Below are positions 17,355 through 27,219 of a DNA stretch of 41,736 nt, piece after piece. The translations under genes and the position numbers were made by a program. Source of the stretch: a virus. Lineage: Duplodnaviria > Caudoviricetes. Numbering within the stretch: the first letter of the stretch is position 1; each line of letters starts with the position of its first letter. Under the pieces are notes generated by a model. That model saw only the letters and a program-made list of their open reading frames with translations, did no database searches and was not told the DNA's origin. The DNA lies in the IMG/VR virus record IMGVR_UViG_3300044728_000096, positions 1 through 41,736 of that record; one strand, given 5' to 3'.

Positions 17355-18332
17355 CTACAGGAGCCCTGTGATCTTGGCGTGGCTGCGCTCGTTGCCGTAG
17401 GCCAGCCCCACCTCACCGTAGATTTGCTTGCGGAATGCCGCACCCGTGTTGTGCAGCGGGCTGGTGAACAGGAAGCCACCCGGAATCCCGTTCATGGGGT
17501 CCTCCGGGATGAGCAGGAACACGGGAGCGCACTGCTCCAAGCTCACGAACAGCAAGCTGTCGTCCGGCATGTGCCGGTTGAGCATCACGTTCACCACACC
17601 AAAGTCAGTCTCGATGGTCTGGAGGCTGACGCCCGCCACGTTGCGGTCTGCCGTGCGGTAGTTGGCGTCAGTGATGAACAGCTTGGTGAGGTTGCGCTTC
17701 TGCTTGGCGCCGGTCATCAGCGTGGCCGTGACCTGCTCCCGGAATCCGCCGTTGGTCCACGCCGCCTGCATGGTGTCGAGCACCATGGCCGCCGTCAGAG
17801 CCGCCGCCGGTGCGTTGGCTGTGACGTTGGTGACGATGGCCTCCAGCAGCCCGCGTGTCTTGCGGGGTGTGGCGTTGTTCGCCGGGTCTGCGAACGTGCC
17901 CCGGATGAAGCTGTACTCGATGTCGCGGGCAATCTGCTTGAGCATGACCTCAAGCTGCCAGCCCATCTCGTCCGTGACCACGTTGGCCCCAGCGATCTGG
18001 ACACCACCCTGCGGTGACGTGCGACCGCGCACAGCCTGCCGGGTGAAGCTGACCTCAACAGCCTCCTGATGAATCTCAACCACGTTGAAGCCGCCGGTGC
18101 GCACACGCGCCTCGCCAGCCGGCGCATCAGCGCCCTCCACGCGGGTGTTCTGGCCCGCCGCACGGAGGTCATAGGTTGACCCGGCTGCGAACCGTGTGTC
18201 TGTCGTCTGCTCGCCGCCGGTGAGTCCACCGATGGCGCTCAGGAACGGGGTGTCTTCAGGGGTGATCCCGAACAGCTCGCCCACGTAGTTGGGCGTGTTG
18301 AACGTGGTCGCCAGCCCGACAATGCCGGCCAT
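17355..18332 (-). CDS. Major capsid protein
   Basis: Follows scaffold; NYVGELF..TP.DTPFLSAIGGL, PRKTRGLL, QIYGEVGL motifs. Confidence 0.88.
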   Translation of the reverse strand: MAGIVGLATTFNTPNYVGELFGITPEDTPFLSAIGGLTGGEQTTDTRFAAGSTYDLRAAGQNTRVEGADAPAGEARVRTGGFNVVEIHQEAVEVSFTRQAVRGRTSPQGGVQIAGANVVTDEMGWQLEVMLKQIARDIEYSFIRGTFADPANNATPRKTRGLLEAIVTNVTANAPAAALTAAMVLDTMQAAWTNGGFREQVTATLMTGAKQKRNLTKLFITDANYRTADRNVAGVSLQTIETDFGVVNVMLNRHMPDDSLLFVSLEQCAPVFLLIPEDPMNGIPGGFLFTSPLHNTGAAFRKQIYGEVGLAYGNERSHAKITGLL

Positions 18333-18348
18333 GTTGTCTCCTCGTCAG

Positions 18349-19113
18349 CTAGTGGGCTGCCCCGCCGCCACCACTGCCGAGCTGCGCCTGCCGCGCCTCC
18401 TTGAGCCGGATGCTGGTGCGGTAGTCACCAGACTTCTCAGCTTCAGCGATCTGCTCGTCAATGGTCTTGCCGGTGCCAGCGCCGTTGAACTCCGCGCCTG
18501 ATCGGGGTGGAGGCGCAGCCGCCACCTTCAGGCTCGGCTCATCGGTCAGCGCCCTCTGGACCACTGACTGGAGCTCCTGCTCAAAGTTGTCCGCCTCCGG
18601 GTCCAGCTCGCTGAGCTCTGACCCGCCGCGCAGGTAGCGTGTGAGTGCGTCCGGCCGGGCGCCCGCTGTGGCCGCCTGACGGTGGATCGCATTGGCGACA
18701 CGCTCCGCCATGTACTTGCTCCGCCACGAGTCCACCTGCTTGGTGAGCTCGGCCGGATCGGGTGTGCCTCCACCCTCCACCTTGATGCCCAGTGTCTCCA
18801 GAGCCGGCCGCAGCGCAGCCATCAGCGCCGTGTTCTTGGCCTGCTCCTCCCGCAGCTTGGTGCGGTAGCCGGCAGCCTCGCGTGATGCCCGCTGCGCCGC
18901 GTTGTCAGCCGTGGGCTCTCCGCTGTCGTCGCTGCCAGCCGGCGGATCGGCCTTGGAGCCGGAGTCAGCCGCCGGCGTCCCAGACGCAGGAGCATCGCCC
19001 GGCTTGGGCTCGGGTGGGGTCCCGCCGCTGGCGTCCCCGGCTGCGGGAGCTCCGCCCGTCTCAAACGGCAGGAGTGTCCACAGCAGCCCGATGAGGATGT
19101 TGAAGATGGTCAT
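18349..19113 (-). CDS. Capsid scaffolding protein
   Basis: Low-complexity N-terminus, REAAGYRTKL coiled coil, RSGAEFNG tail. Confidence 0.8.
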   Translation of the reverse strand: MTIFNILIGLLWTLLPFETGGAPAAGDASGGTPPEPKPGDAPASGTPAADSGSKADPPAGSDDSGEPTADNAAQRASREAAGYRTKLREEQAKNTALMAALRPALETLGIKVEGGGTPDPAELTKQVDSWRSKYMAERVANAIHRQAATAGARPDALTRYLRGGSELSELDPEADNFEQELQSVVQRALTDEPSLKVAAAPPPRSGAEFNGAGTGKTIDEQIAEAEKSGDYRTSIRLKEARQAQLGSGGGGAAH

Positions 19114-19121
19114 GAGCCGGC

Positions 19122-19151
19122 AGTCTAGGCGTGGTCAGCGTGACCCGTCTA
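19122..19151 (-). promoter_or_regulatory. Promoter TAGACG-N18-TAGACT, probably leaderless transcript
   Basis: Same hexamers as the 40807 promoter; ATG 8 nt past the -10; no SD. Confidence 0.55.
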
Positions 19152-19230
19152 TCAGCCCACGGTCCCGGAGGCAATAGGATGCGCAGCGCCGGATTGGGGA
19201 TGGAATGATACAGCATCTGGGCTGGAGGCA

Positions 19231-19258
19231 CCTAGGATTGCGTCTCCGTTGGCCCTAG
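19231..19258 (-). promoter_or_regulatory. Dispersed CTAGG-flanked element
   Basis: CCTAGGATTGCGTCTCCGTTGGCCCTAG. Confidence 0.75.
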
Positions 19259-19296
19259 CTGGACATCCGCTGCTGACCCTAGCCCGCCGATCCGGC

Positions 19297-19491
19297 TCAC
19301 GGTGCCGCCCGGAGCTCGTCAGCGCGGTGAGCAGCAGTGTGGAGCGCATCAAGCACCAACCTCGCCGCCGGCGTCTCAAGGTCCTGCCCCTCCAGCCATG
19401 AGGCTGCCGCGTCAGACAGCTCCTCCAGCTCTGCCGCCGTGCTGGCGGTCCCGAGCTGCCTTGCGATCCGCTCCGCCTCCACCATTGCCAT
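19297..19491 (-). CDS. Small helical protein downstream of minor capsid gene
   Basis: 64 aa, GAGG RBS, directly after the 19495 stop. Confidence 0.6.
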   Translation of the reverse strand: MAMVEAERIARQLGTASTAAELEELSDAAASWLEGQDLETPAARLVLDALHTAAHRADELRAAP

Positions 19492-19494
19492 CCG

Positions 19495-21024
19495 TCACCT
19501 CACGATGTTCTTGCCACGCACGTCTCTGAAGTACCGCTTGTCCACACTGTCGAGCACGTCACTCTTGATCCCGTACTTGTTCTTGAGCACGATGGGTCGC
19601 TGGAGGATCGTGGTGCGCAGCATGTCATCGTAGAACTGCTGCTCAGTGAGGGTGCGGACAGCATCCTTGGCGTGGCGGTAGAGCACGTCCCAGCCCTCCC
19701 TGTACTGCCTGTAGTTGCCGTGCAGCGCAAACTGCTCCGCCGCCTTGACCCGGCTCTCAGCCCACCCAAGGTCCCCGGCGATGTTCCGCAGGTTGATCTC
19801 CGTGAGCTTGTCAGCCACGCCCTCCTCCCAGCCCACGTTGATGCTGCGACCGTAGCCGCCGCCCTGTGCGGAGGTGGCGTGGAACAGCTCGTGAATCGTG
19901 TTCCACTCGTCCATCCCGGTGCGGCTCATGCGTGGGTCCCAGCTGATGTTGCGGAACGCCTCCTGCCAGTGCGTGCTGTAACGGCTGTTGCGGTTCAGGG
20001 AGCCTCGCCAGCGTGTGATGTAGCCGCGAGCTCCCATGGCGTTGTGGACCGCCTGTGATCGGTCCCACCAGCCGGCCAGCTTGCTGCCCTCACTGGGCCG
20101 ATACCTGATGGCATCAGCCGGACCCAGTTGCCACTCCGGCGTGCCCACAGAGCTCGGGGTTGGCTTGGGCGTGGTCGGCTTGGCCAGACCGCCCTTGCCG
20201 TACTTGCCGTACTTGCCCAGCCCTCCCACAAAGGCGCCCACCGTGTGCGTACAGCGTGGGTGGAACAGCCCGGCAGCGCGGGCATCGTCCAGTGTGGGCC
20301 CGCTCCACGCCTGCCGTGGTCCGCTGATCTGGACCACCTTGCCCTCCCACGGCTGGCACAGGTCGCAGCCGGCCGGGCTGGTGCTGATCTTGCCATGCGT
20401 GATGCCCACCGTGATGAGCCGGTCAACGGTGCCCTCCAGATGGGCCTGAGCCGCAGCCGTCCTGCTGGCCATCTCTGTGTAGCTCTTGAGGCTCCATGTG
20501 CGTCCCCGCTTGTCCACAAAGCCGGTCACGCCGTGCGCTGTGAACTGGCCGATCATCCGCCGGCGTACCTGATCCCGTGTGGCCAGCCCGGCTGCTGACG
20601 CCCGTGATGCCTCGGCCACGATCTGCCGGTACAGGTCCTCATGCTGCCGCAGGATCGCAAAGTGTGTGCCTTGGAGCCCGGAGCGCAGTGACTTCTCCAG
20701 CGCCAGCACGGCTCTGGTCTTGGCCCTAGGCGCCACGAGCTGTGTGTCAAACTTCAGGTTGACTTCAGCCTCTGCGGCCCGGTACGCATCGTTGATGACG
20801 CGCTCCACCTCGTCCCACGAGCCGCTGGCGAGCTGGTCCACCTTGCCCGCCAGCTCCCGATGGACCACCTGTGTCTCCAGCAGCTTGCGCTCGGTCCAGC
20901 CGGCTTGCGTGATGCCCTCAGCCAGCCTGCGGTCCACAGCGTCCGTGAGGTCCGCTTCAGCCTCCTGATACATCCAGATGAGGCGCTCGGCTGCCTCCTG
21001 ATCAGCCCGTGAAGGTGCCGGCAC
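19495..21024 (-). CDS. Minor capsid (MuF/Phage_min_cap2-like) protein with C-terminal zincin metallopeptidase-like domain
   Basis: GFVDKRGRTWSL.SYTEM, CDLCQPWEG, GLFHPRC.H motifs; extension with HELFH and downstream EEG. Confidence 0.85.
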   Translation of the reverse strand: MPAPSRADQEAAERLIWMYQEAEADLTDAVDRRLAEGITQAGWTERKLLETQVVHRELAGKVDQLASGSWDEVERVINDAYRAAEAEVNLKFDTQLVAPRAKTRAVLALEKSLRSGLQGTHFAILRQHEDLYRQIVAEASRASAAGLATRDQVRRRMIGQFTAHGVTGFVDKRGRTWSLKSYTEMASRTAAAQAHLEGTVDRLITVGITHGKISTSPAGCDLCQPWEGKVVQISGPRQAWSGPTLDDARAAGLFHPRCTHTVGAFVGGLGKYGKYGKGGLAKPTTPKPTPSSVGTPEWQLGPADAIRYRPSEGSKLAGWWDRSQAVHNAMGARGYITRWRGSLNRNSRYSTHWQEAFRNISWDPRMSRTGMDEWNTIHELFHATSAQGGGYGRSINVGWEEGVADKLTEINLRNIAGDLGWAESRVKAAEQFALHGNYRQYREGWDVLYRHAKDAVRTLTEQQFYDDMLRTTILQRPIVLKNKYGIKSDVLDSVDKRYFRDVRGKNIVR

Positions 21025-22744
21025 CGATCACCGCCGGTGGTGGGAGCTCCTCGCCGGCCGGCGGCTCCTCCTCCACGGAGCTGAGCGTCACCGGCTGGAC
21101 ACCCTCGCGCTGCTCCAGCTTGGTCATGTCGCCGCTGGACAGTGCGGCCACGATGCTGTCTGCGGTGAAGCCGGCCCTGTACAGCTCGCCAATCTGCCCG
21201 GTCAGCGCCGGCGTCAGTGGCGGCAGTCCAATGTCCTCCACGTCTGGCACCACCAGCCCCTGCTCGGCCAGCACACGCTTGACCTCTGGCCCAATCTGCT
21301 CCTCGTCCCAGTCCGGGTGGACCATGCGCACCTTGGTCTCCACGCTCACCGCTCGGGCCTGATCCAACAGGCTCACGGTCTGGGCGAGCTCCATGGGATT
21401 CTCGGGCAGGCTGTCCGCCATCTCCACCTGTGGCCGCAGCGCCACGATGGACTCCCCGAGCGTGGCCTGTGCCACGGCCAGCATCTTGAACAGCGCAGAC
21501 TCCACGGCCACGCCCCACCACTGCGCCTTGCGCTGCTGTGTGGTCAGTGTCTTCTGCTCCCTGATCTTGAGTGCGGTCCCACTCTCGGCCCGGCCCTCAA
21601 TGTGGAGCCCGAATGTCTGTGGGCTGTAGCCGGCGGAGCTCACCGCCCGCTCAATGAGGTGCAGAATCGTGTTCTCATGGTCCGCTGTGCGGATGCCAAA
21701 CTGCTGAGCCGTGATGCCTCCGCCGGCGCCCGCTCGTGCGGCCGGGTCAACGTCCAGCGGCACGAACACCTCCTGATCAGCGTCAAAGCTGCCCAGCCGG
21801 TCCAGATACTCCTGTGGGACCATGAGCCGGCCCTTGGCCAGCCGCACGTCCCTCATCCAGCTTGCATACGTCTCGTCCAGTGCGTCAAAGATGCCCTCTG
21901 CTCCGGCGTAGTCACTCTGCCCCACGGAGCTGCCCCGCCGCCGGCGATTGGGCCGCATGTTGGGCACGTACTCCACGCCCAGCCCCTCAAACGGCAGCAG
22001 CACCGCGTCAGTCAGCCCCTGCGTGTCCGGGTGGTCCGTGAGCTCCATCTTGCGGCCCAGCAGCGAGCTTGTGCCCCGGTACAGCCCGTGGAGGATCACG
22101 CCCCGGCCATCACTGCCGGTCTCATGGACCTCAAGGTGGCGGATCACCTCGCGTGTGGAGCTGCGGGCCACCTCGCGCCACAGCGTACAGGAGCTGAGCT
22201 CACCGTACCTGAAGCTGGGCAGCGCCATGTCGGCCTGAATGATGGACATGAGCGGCACCGGGCTGACGTCAAGGTCCCAGCTTGGCTTGAGGATCGCGCC
22301 GCCCATGGCCGCAGCCGTCTCGGCTCCCTCCAGCAGCCGGCTGAACACGTCCCCGTCCACCATCATGCGGTGCAGATAGTCCTCAGCATCCTTGGCAGCC
22401 TGATCGGCCTTGATCAGATGCGCCTCCGGGATGGTGACGCGAGGATGCTCCCCGAACAGCAGCGCCGCGCTCGTCTGCGCAATGTCGCCCGGCAGTGGGA
22501 CGTGGAGCTGGGCCCGTGTGTTGTAGCTCTCACGGCCGGTGGTGATGTTGGTCTTGTTCCACCAGCGCCTCCACCACGATCCTCGCCGGGTCTGTGTGCC
22601 GGGCTGGTACTCCATCTGCCCGTACACGCTCTGGAGCCGGCTTGGATCACCTGCGTACCACGCATCCCACTCCATCCACCAGCGTGCCTGCTCCTGCCAC
22701 GCGACTGGCGGCCACTTGATGTCCCCGGCTTCAGGTAGCGGCAT
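21002..22744 (-). CDS. Portal protein
   Basis: Follows TerL; HVPLPGDIA, YVPN, GQSDY, GYSPQTFG motifs. Confidence 0.9.
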   Translation of the reverse strand: MPLPEAGDIKWPPVAWQEQARWWMEWDAWYAGDPSRLQSVYGQMEYQPGTQTRRGSWWRRWWNKTNITTGRESYNTRAQLHVPLPGDIAQTSAALLFGEHPRVTIPEAHLIKADQAAKDAEDYLHRMMVDGDVFSRLLEGAETAAAMGGAILKPSWDLDVSPVPLMSIIQADMALPSFRYGELSSCTLWREVARSSTREVIRHLEVHETGSDGRGVILHGLYRGTSSLLGRKMELTDHPDTQGLTDAVLLPFEGLGVEYVPNMRPNRRRRGSSVGQSDYAGAEGIFDALDETYASWMRDVRLAKGRLMVPQEYLDRLGSFDADQEVFVPLDVDPAARAGAGGGITAQQFGIRTADHENTILHLIERAVSSAGYSPQTFGLHIEGRAESGTALKIREQKTLTTQQRKAQWWGVAVESALFKMLAVAQATLGESIVALRPQVEMADSLPENPMELAQTVSLLDQARAVSVETKVRMVHPDWDEEQIGPEVKRVLAEQGLVVPDVEDIGLPPLTPALTGQIGELYRAGFTADSIVAALSSGDMTKLEQREGVQPVTLSSVEEEPPAGEELPPPAVIGAGTFTG

Positions 22745-22747
22745 CAG

Positions 22748-24025
22748 TCACTCCCATGCCCCCGTCTCCTCCGCCTCTGGCAGCGGGGTGCTCATCCATG
22801 GTCGCCAGATGTTGCGTGTGCCCCGCACGCCGTAGCGCAGTGCGTCTGGGCCGTGGTCATTCACCTTGATGGGCCTGTCCTCTCCACGCTTGCTGGCCTT
22901 GGGGTCCCAGCTGAGCCCCTCCATCTCCGCCGGGAGCTCCAGCAGCGATGGGAGGTGGAAGCGCAGCCGATCCGCAGCCACAAGCATACTCACCTCCCTG
23001 ATCCCGTCTAGCACCTCATTGTTGGCCGGCACGACACCCCTCACGCCGTCCCGGTACAGCTGCACGCTGAAGCTGGCCGCGCTCGGGTCAATGTACAGCC
23101 GGCGTGGCTCCAGTGGCTCGCCCCGGAGCTCCTCGCCCACCTTGATCAGCCATGCCTTGAGAGCTGCACTGTACTCCGCGTCAGTCATCTGGGTGCCCGT
23201 CCGCGAGCTGTCGTGGCGCCACTCGTGGTGCACGTACAGCCGGCCATCCGCGCCCAGCGACAGCAGCAGGAACACAGTGGGGTTGGTGGTCCCGTAGTCT
23301 GCGCACACCCAATGTTGCACCAGCTCCGGGAGCTCTGCCACGCCGGCCCGTGCGGTGAGGTCCAGCATGCCGTACACGCTGCCCTCGGCCACCACCCACT
23401 CCCCGTCCACATAGCGCCGGCGGAACAGCCCTGTGTACTCCCGCTCCAGCCGCTCCACAAACGCCTTGTCCAAGAACACGTTGTCACGCAGCTTGAAGCT
23501 CTCACGCCGCAGGTCCCGATCCTCACGGCCCAGCCAGTCCCGCGCCAGCCAGTGGAGTGGGCTGTCCGGGTTGGTGGTGCCGAGCCCCACAGCGCCGGCC
23601 AGCGAGGTGCGCGTGTTCAGGATGTTCCAGAATGACTCCGGCCACAGCGTGAGCTCGTCCCCCAGCCAGCCGGCGAGCGTCAGCCCTCTGATCTTGCCCT
23701 CACTGCGCTCATCGTTGGCGCCGATGATGTAGTGGCGCCGGCCCATGATGATGACCTCGCCAATGCCCCGGTTGATCACGATGTGCTTGCGCCCGTACAC
23801 CTCCGCCATGGGGTTCAGCACGTTGCGGATGATGGTCGGCTGCGTCTTGCCAATGACAGCTAGGTCCCCGTGGCGAGGTGCGCTGTTGATCAGCCAGCGC
23901 GGCCATGCAAGGTAGCTGGCGACTGTCTTGCCCGAGCGCACCGAGCCCTCCCACACGTTGAGCGCAGCGAGCTCGCCGGCGATGGCCGTTGCCTGTCGTG
24001 GCGACAGCTTGTCCAGCCCGATCAC
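22748..24025 (-). CDS. terL: Terminase large subunit
   Basis: Walker A GSVRSGKT, Walker B GWLGDE, TTNPDSP.HW, DYG..NP, IDPSA, DH..DA.RY. Confidence 0.95.
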   Translation of the reverse strand: MIGLDKLSPRQATAIAGELAALNVWEGSVRSGKTVASYLAWPRWLINSAPRHGDLAVIGKTQPTIIRNVLNPMAEVYGRKHIVINRGIGEVIIMGRRHYIIGANDERSEGKIRGLTLAGWLGDELTLWPESFWNILNTRTSLAGAVGLGTTNPDSPLHWLARDWLGREDRDLRRESFKLRDNVFLDKAFVERLEREYTGLFRRRYVDGEWVVAEGSVYGMLDLTARAGVAELPELVQHWVCADYGTTNPTVFLLLSLGADGRLYVHHEWRHDSSRTGTQMTDAEYSAALKAWLIKVGEELRGEPLEPRRLYIDPSAASFSVQLYRDGVRGVVPANNEVLDGIREVSMLVAADRLRFHLPSLLELPAEMEGLSWDPKASKRGEDRPIKVNDHGPDALRYGVRGTRNIWRPWMSTPLPEAEETGAWE

Positions 24026-24121
24026 CGCCGGCGCCTTGGGTCCGTGATCTCAGAGATGATCAGCGCCAGCACGATGAACGTCACAATCGCACCCCACGTG
24101 TACACGAGCTCCACCACCTCG

Positions 24122-24292
24122 TCAACTGGCGCACTTGGTGGCCGCAGCGTGTGCGATCTTGAAGGCAGCAGCCTCAGTGTTGGCAGGGTCCTTGGCTGCG
24201 CTGTTGAAGGCAGACAGGAACACCCGCAGGCACGCAGCTGGATAGCGGTTGCGCACCGCAGGTGGGAGCTCGTCCACACGGCTGTAGGGCAT
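24122..24292 (-). CDS. ChaB family protein (56 aa, not in ORF track)
   Basis: Own translation MPYSRVDELPPAVRNRYPAACLRVFLSAFNSAAKDPANTEAAAFKIAHAAATKCAS matches the ChaB pattern MPY...LP..V...P......AFN.A....A..IA.AA. Confidence 0.8.
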   Translation of the reverse strand: MPYSRVDELPPAVRNRYPAACLRVFLSAFNSAAKDPANTEAAAFKIAHAAATKCAS

Positions 24293-24318
24293 GGGGTGCT
24301 CCTGTCATCCCGCTCGGG

Positions 24319-24528
24319 TCAGGCTGGAGCTGCCCCCTCGTCCTCACTGGTGGCGTTGGGCTCCTTGGCGTCAGCCTCAGCCTCCGCATACTCCGCCTCC
24401 AGCTCCTTGTCCGGAGCCTCGCCGGTGGCGTCCACGGCCGGCGCCGGTGGGGTGTGCGCTCCCGGCGAGCTGTCCGCCACCTCCTCAGAGCCGATGCCGC
24501 TGGTGGTGTCCTTGTCCTTGTCGCCCAC
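24319..24528 (-). CDS. Small acidic protein
   Basis: GAGGAGG RBS, GTG start. Confidence 0.6.
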   Translation of the reverse strand: MGDKDKDTTSGIGSEEVADSSPGAHTPPAPAVDATGEAPDKELEAEYAEAEADAKEPNATSEDEGAAPA

Positions 24529-24726
24529 GGGGTCCTCCTCACTGTTGGTGGAGCTCGGGTTGATGGAGCGCCGGGCTGCCCTCCGACATCACTGCCGGAC
24601 CGGCGCCCCAGCGCAGCCTAGCCGGCCGGGAGCTCCTCCGCGAGCAGCTCAACGCCGGACGCAATAGGATGGCCATATTGCAACGCAGATTTGCGTGCCA
24701 CCCTCGGACACAGCCTAGCCGGTCCG

Positions 24727-24909
24727 TCAGGCTTCCTGCGCAGCTCCGTTGGCGCTAGCTGGTGTCTCGGGGTTGACCCTCGCCGGCGGATCGGCCACAT
24801 CCGCCCGGTTGAGCCTCGGATTGTTGTGACGTGGGTACACGGGGCAGCACGGCAGCACGTGGAGGTCGCAGTGCTTGGCGAACACCTGCCCGCAGCTAGA
24901 GCACTTCAT
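24727..24909 (-). CDS. Small Cys-rich protein
   Basis: ATGA-coupled to TerS; CSSC...HC...CC. Confidence 0.45.
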   Translation of the reverse strand: MKCSSCGQVFAKHCDLHVLPCCPVYPRHNNPRLNRADVADPPARVNPETPASANGAAQEA

Positions 24910-25517
24910 GGCAGTGGCTCGGTGGCGGTGGCCGCCTCCTCCAGTGCGTCCTTGAGCATGCCCTCAATGTAGCGGTCCACGTCGCTGGTCCCAGCGCCCT
25001 CCGGCTCTGGCGTGGGAGCTCGGGCTGCGTCACCAAACATGTCCAGCGCCAGCCTCGCCCGGCGATCAGCCAGCACGAACACTGCGGCAAGGTCCCTGAA
25101 CGTCCACTTGGTGGGCTCAATGATGGTGATGCGGCCATCCTCCTCCGTGTGCTGCCGGAACATCGGACCAGCGAGCCCCTGCTGAACACGCTCCAGCGCC
25201 TTGTCAGCAATGGCGAGCTCCTTGTCCACGAGCTCCCGCCTGCGCTGAAACTTCAGCCGCTCCTCCTCACGGAATCCACGCTCACGCTCATCACGTCTGA
25301 TGGTGTCAGCCCATGCATCGTACGCCCGAGCTCGGTCAGGCCAACTCCACCGTGAGCTCCATTCCTCACACTGCCGAGCCGAAGTGAAGCCCAGCTCCTT
25401 GCGTACCAGTTCAGCTGTCCGGAGCTGCGGCCCAGCATCACGGTACAGCCTGAACGCGCTGTATGCACGGCCCGTCTCACCCGGCTGCCGCTCCCAGATC
25501 GGTCCCTCAGCTCCCAT
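24906..25517 (-). CDS. terS: Terminase small subunit
   Basis: WERQPGET..AY.AF..YRD...WS.RW.W..RA.AYD pattern; upstream of TerL. Confidence 0.75.
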   Translation of the reverse strand: MGAEGPIWERQPGETGRAYSAFRLYRDAGPQLRTAELVRKELGFTSARQCEEWSSRWSWPDRARAYDAWADTIRRDERERGFREEERLKFQRRRELVDKELAIADKALERVQQGLAGPMFRQHTEEDGRITIIEPTKWTFRDLAAVFVLADRRARLALDMFGDAARAPTPEPEGAGTSDVDRYIEGMLKDALEEAATATEPLP

Positions 25518-25528
25518 GGTGCAGCAGC

Positions 25529-25912
25529 CTACGCCTCCGGCCGGCTCCGGACAAGCAGCACAGACTCCGGCTCACCGCCCTCGTCTGCCCCGAGCCTGTC
25601 ATGACGGTGCATCGGCAGGTAGCCGGCGTGCGCATGCCACTCGTCCCCCGAGCCGTCCAGCCGTGGATGGCGGTGATAGCCGGGCAGCCTGCGGCTGTAG
25701 TCGCGCACCGGCTCTGCCGCCCGGTACAGGCACGGATCGCAGAGCCCTAGCGTGCCCAGCGACAGGCTCCGCCGGCGCCCTCCACCGTACGCTGTGCGCT
25801 GGAGCCGGTAGCGGTACACGGGCACGTCCTCTGCGTTGCCTGCGTGCCGTCCGCACAGTGCGCAGGTCGCCCCGGTGGTCCGGTACAGCCTCCGGTCCCG
25901 TCCGCGTGCCAT
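25529..25912 (-). CDS. Zn-finger hypothetical protein
   Basis: CALC...LCDPC; coupled start. Confidence 0.55.
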   Translation of the reverse strand: MARGRDRRLYRTTGATCALCGRHAGNAEDVPVYRYRLQRTAYGGGRRRSLSLGTLGLCDPCLYRAAEPVRDYSRRLPGYHRHPRLDGSGDEWHAHAGYLPMHRHDRLGADEGGEPESVLLVRSRPEA

Positions 25913-26349
25913 CAGCGCAGCCGGAGCTCCGCGTGGAGGTGCGGCAGCGGCATCCAGTCAATCACCGGCCCGTCCAGCAGCGTCTCGTCCCCAATCATCG
26001 GCACCCCGTACATGCTGCTGAACGGGTGGAGCTCGTCCGGGATGCGGACACGGGGCAGCCCAGTGATGGGGTCCCTGACGCCCAGCTCGCGGAGCTCTGA
26101 CCGCAGTGCGTCCCGGTCCAGCGGGTGGAGCCGGATGCGCTGGATGAGCTGGCCCTCATGCCCGGCGCAGAGCCGGTTGAGGTGCTCCAGCACTCTCGTC
26201 CCCTGTGTCATTGGTAGTCTCCCATGTTGTAGCTGGTCCAGCAAGATCGGTGCCACCAGTGGCCTAGGCGCCACATCGGTCGCTGCCACCAGCGAGCCCG
26301 CCGGCCGCACCACAGGCAGTACCTCACGCCCGGCGGGCTCTGAGGACAC
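25912..26349 (-). CDS. Hypothetical protein
   Basis: ORF tiles between neighbours; true start uncertain. Confidence 0.45.
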   Translation of the reverse strand: MSSEPAGREVLPVVRPAGSLVAATDVAPRPLVAPILLDQLQHGRLPMTQGTRVLEHLNRLCAGHEGQLIQRIRLHPLDRDALRSELRELGVRDPITGLPRVRIPDELHPFSSMYGVPMIGDETLLDGPVIDWMPLPHLHAELRLR

Positions 26350-26563
26350 GGATGATCTGCCGGGTGGTCACCGCCCGAGCTCCGTGCCGGATGGCCTTGT
26401 AGCGCATGCCCTCGCTGATGTCATAGTGCTGGTGCTGGGCCCACTCCGGCCGCAGCCCAAGCTCGTGTGCGAACCGCTCCAGCTCCTCGTCCGTGTCGGC
26501 CACAAGGTGGCTCATGAGCATGCCCCGGTAGCGGTTGCGGGCGTGGTCCACGTACACACTCAC
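26324..26563 (-). CDS. DUF4031-like protein
   Basis: VYVD...MSHLVADT.EEL..FA..LGL...W.Q..HYDI.....AI..GA. Confidence 0.8.
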   Translation of the reverse strand: MSVYVDHARNRYRGMLMSHLVADTDEELERFAHELGLRPEWAQHQHYDISEGMRYKAIRHGARAVTTRQIIRVLRARRA

Positions 26564-26663
26564 TCCGACACCTGCTGCCACAGGTACGCTGCGAGCACGA
26601 TCCAGAACACGATGGAGCCGATGATCACGCAGCCCAGCATGCGCGCCGATCCACGCTCACCGC

Positions 26664-26858
26664 TCACTCGCCAACCCTCCGTGGCTCGGTGTCGCAGCCC
26701 CGGTGATGGCTCTGGACGTGGATGGAGCACACGAACATGTCGTGCGTGAAGCACCAGACGTCAGCAGTCAGGTCGCACCAGCCGTTGCGCTCAAACCGTG
26801 GTCCCGCACTGCCGATCCGCTCATGGCAGACTAGCAGCTGCGTCTTGTGGCGTCTCAT
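26664..26858 (-). CDS. Small Cys/His protein
   Basis: ATGA-coupled; WC...C..H...C..H...H..C. Confidence 0.5.
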   Translation of the reverse strand: MRRHKTQLLVCHERIGSAGPRFERNGWCDLTADVWCFTHDMFVCSIHVQSHHRGCDTEPRRVGE

Positions 26859-27219
26859 CGCCGGTCCGTCAGCCAGAGCGTCAACAGCCCGCCCAGCACC
26901 ACGCCGGCGCAGAACGCCACCACGTGCATCAGGAGCTCAGCTTGGTCCATGGCTCACTCGCATATGCCGCACACGGGTCGCAGAGCTCGGCCTCAGCCAG
27001 CGCGGGCTCATCCTCCGCCGTCCCCGGTATCACCCAGTACAACCGGACTGAAGCGGGCCCACGGCACTGCTCGCAGCGCGTCCCGCCGCCTTGCTCTGCG
27101 TCCACGATCCTCCATCCTCCGGTCGCCCGGATCGTACGTGTGGGGAAGATAGCCGTTGATCACCCTGTGCTCCCCGTGAGGCGCAGCAAGGCAGCAGATC
27201 AAGCAATATCGTGCTCTCC

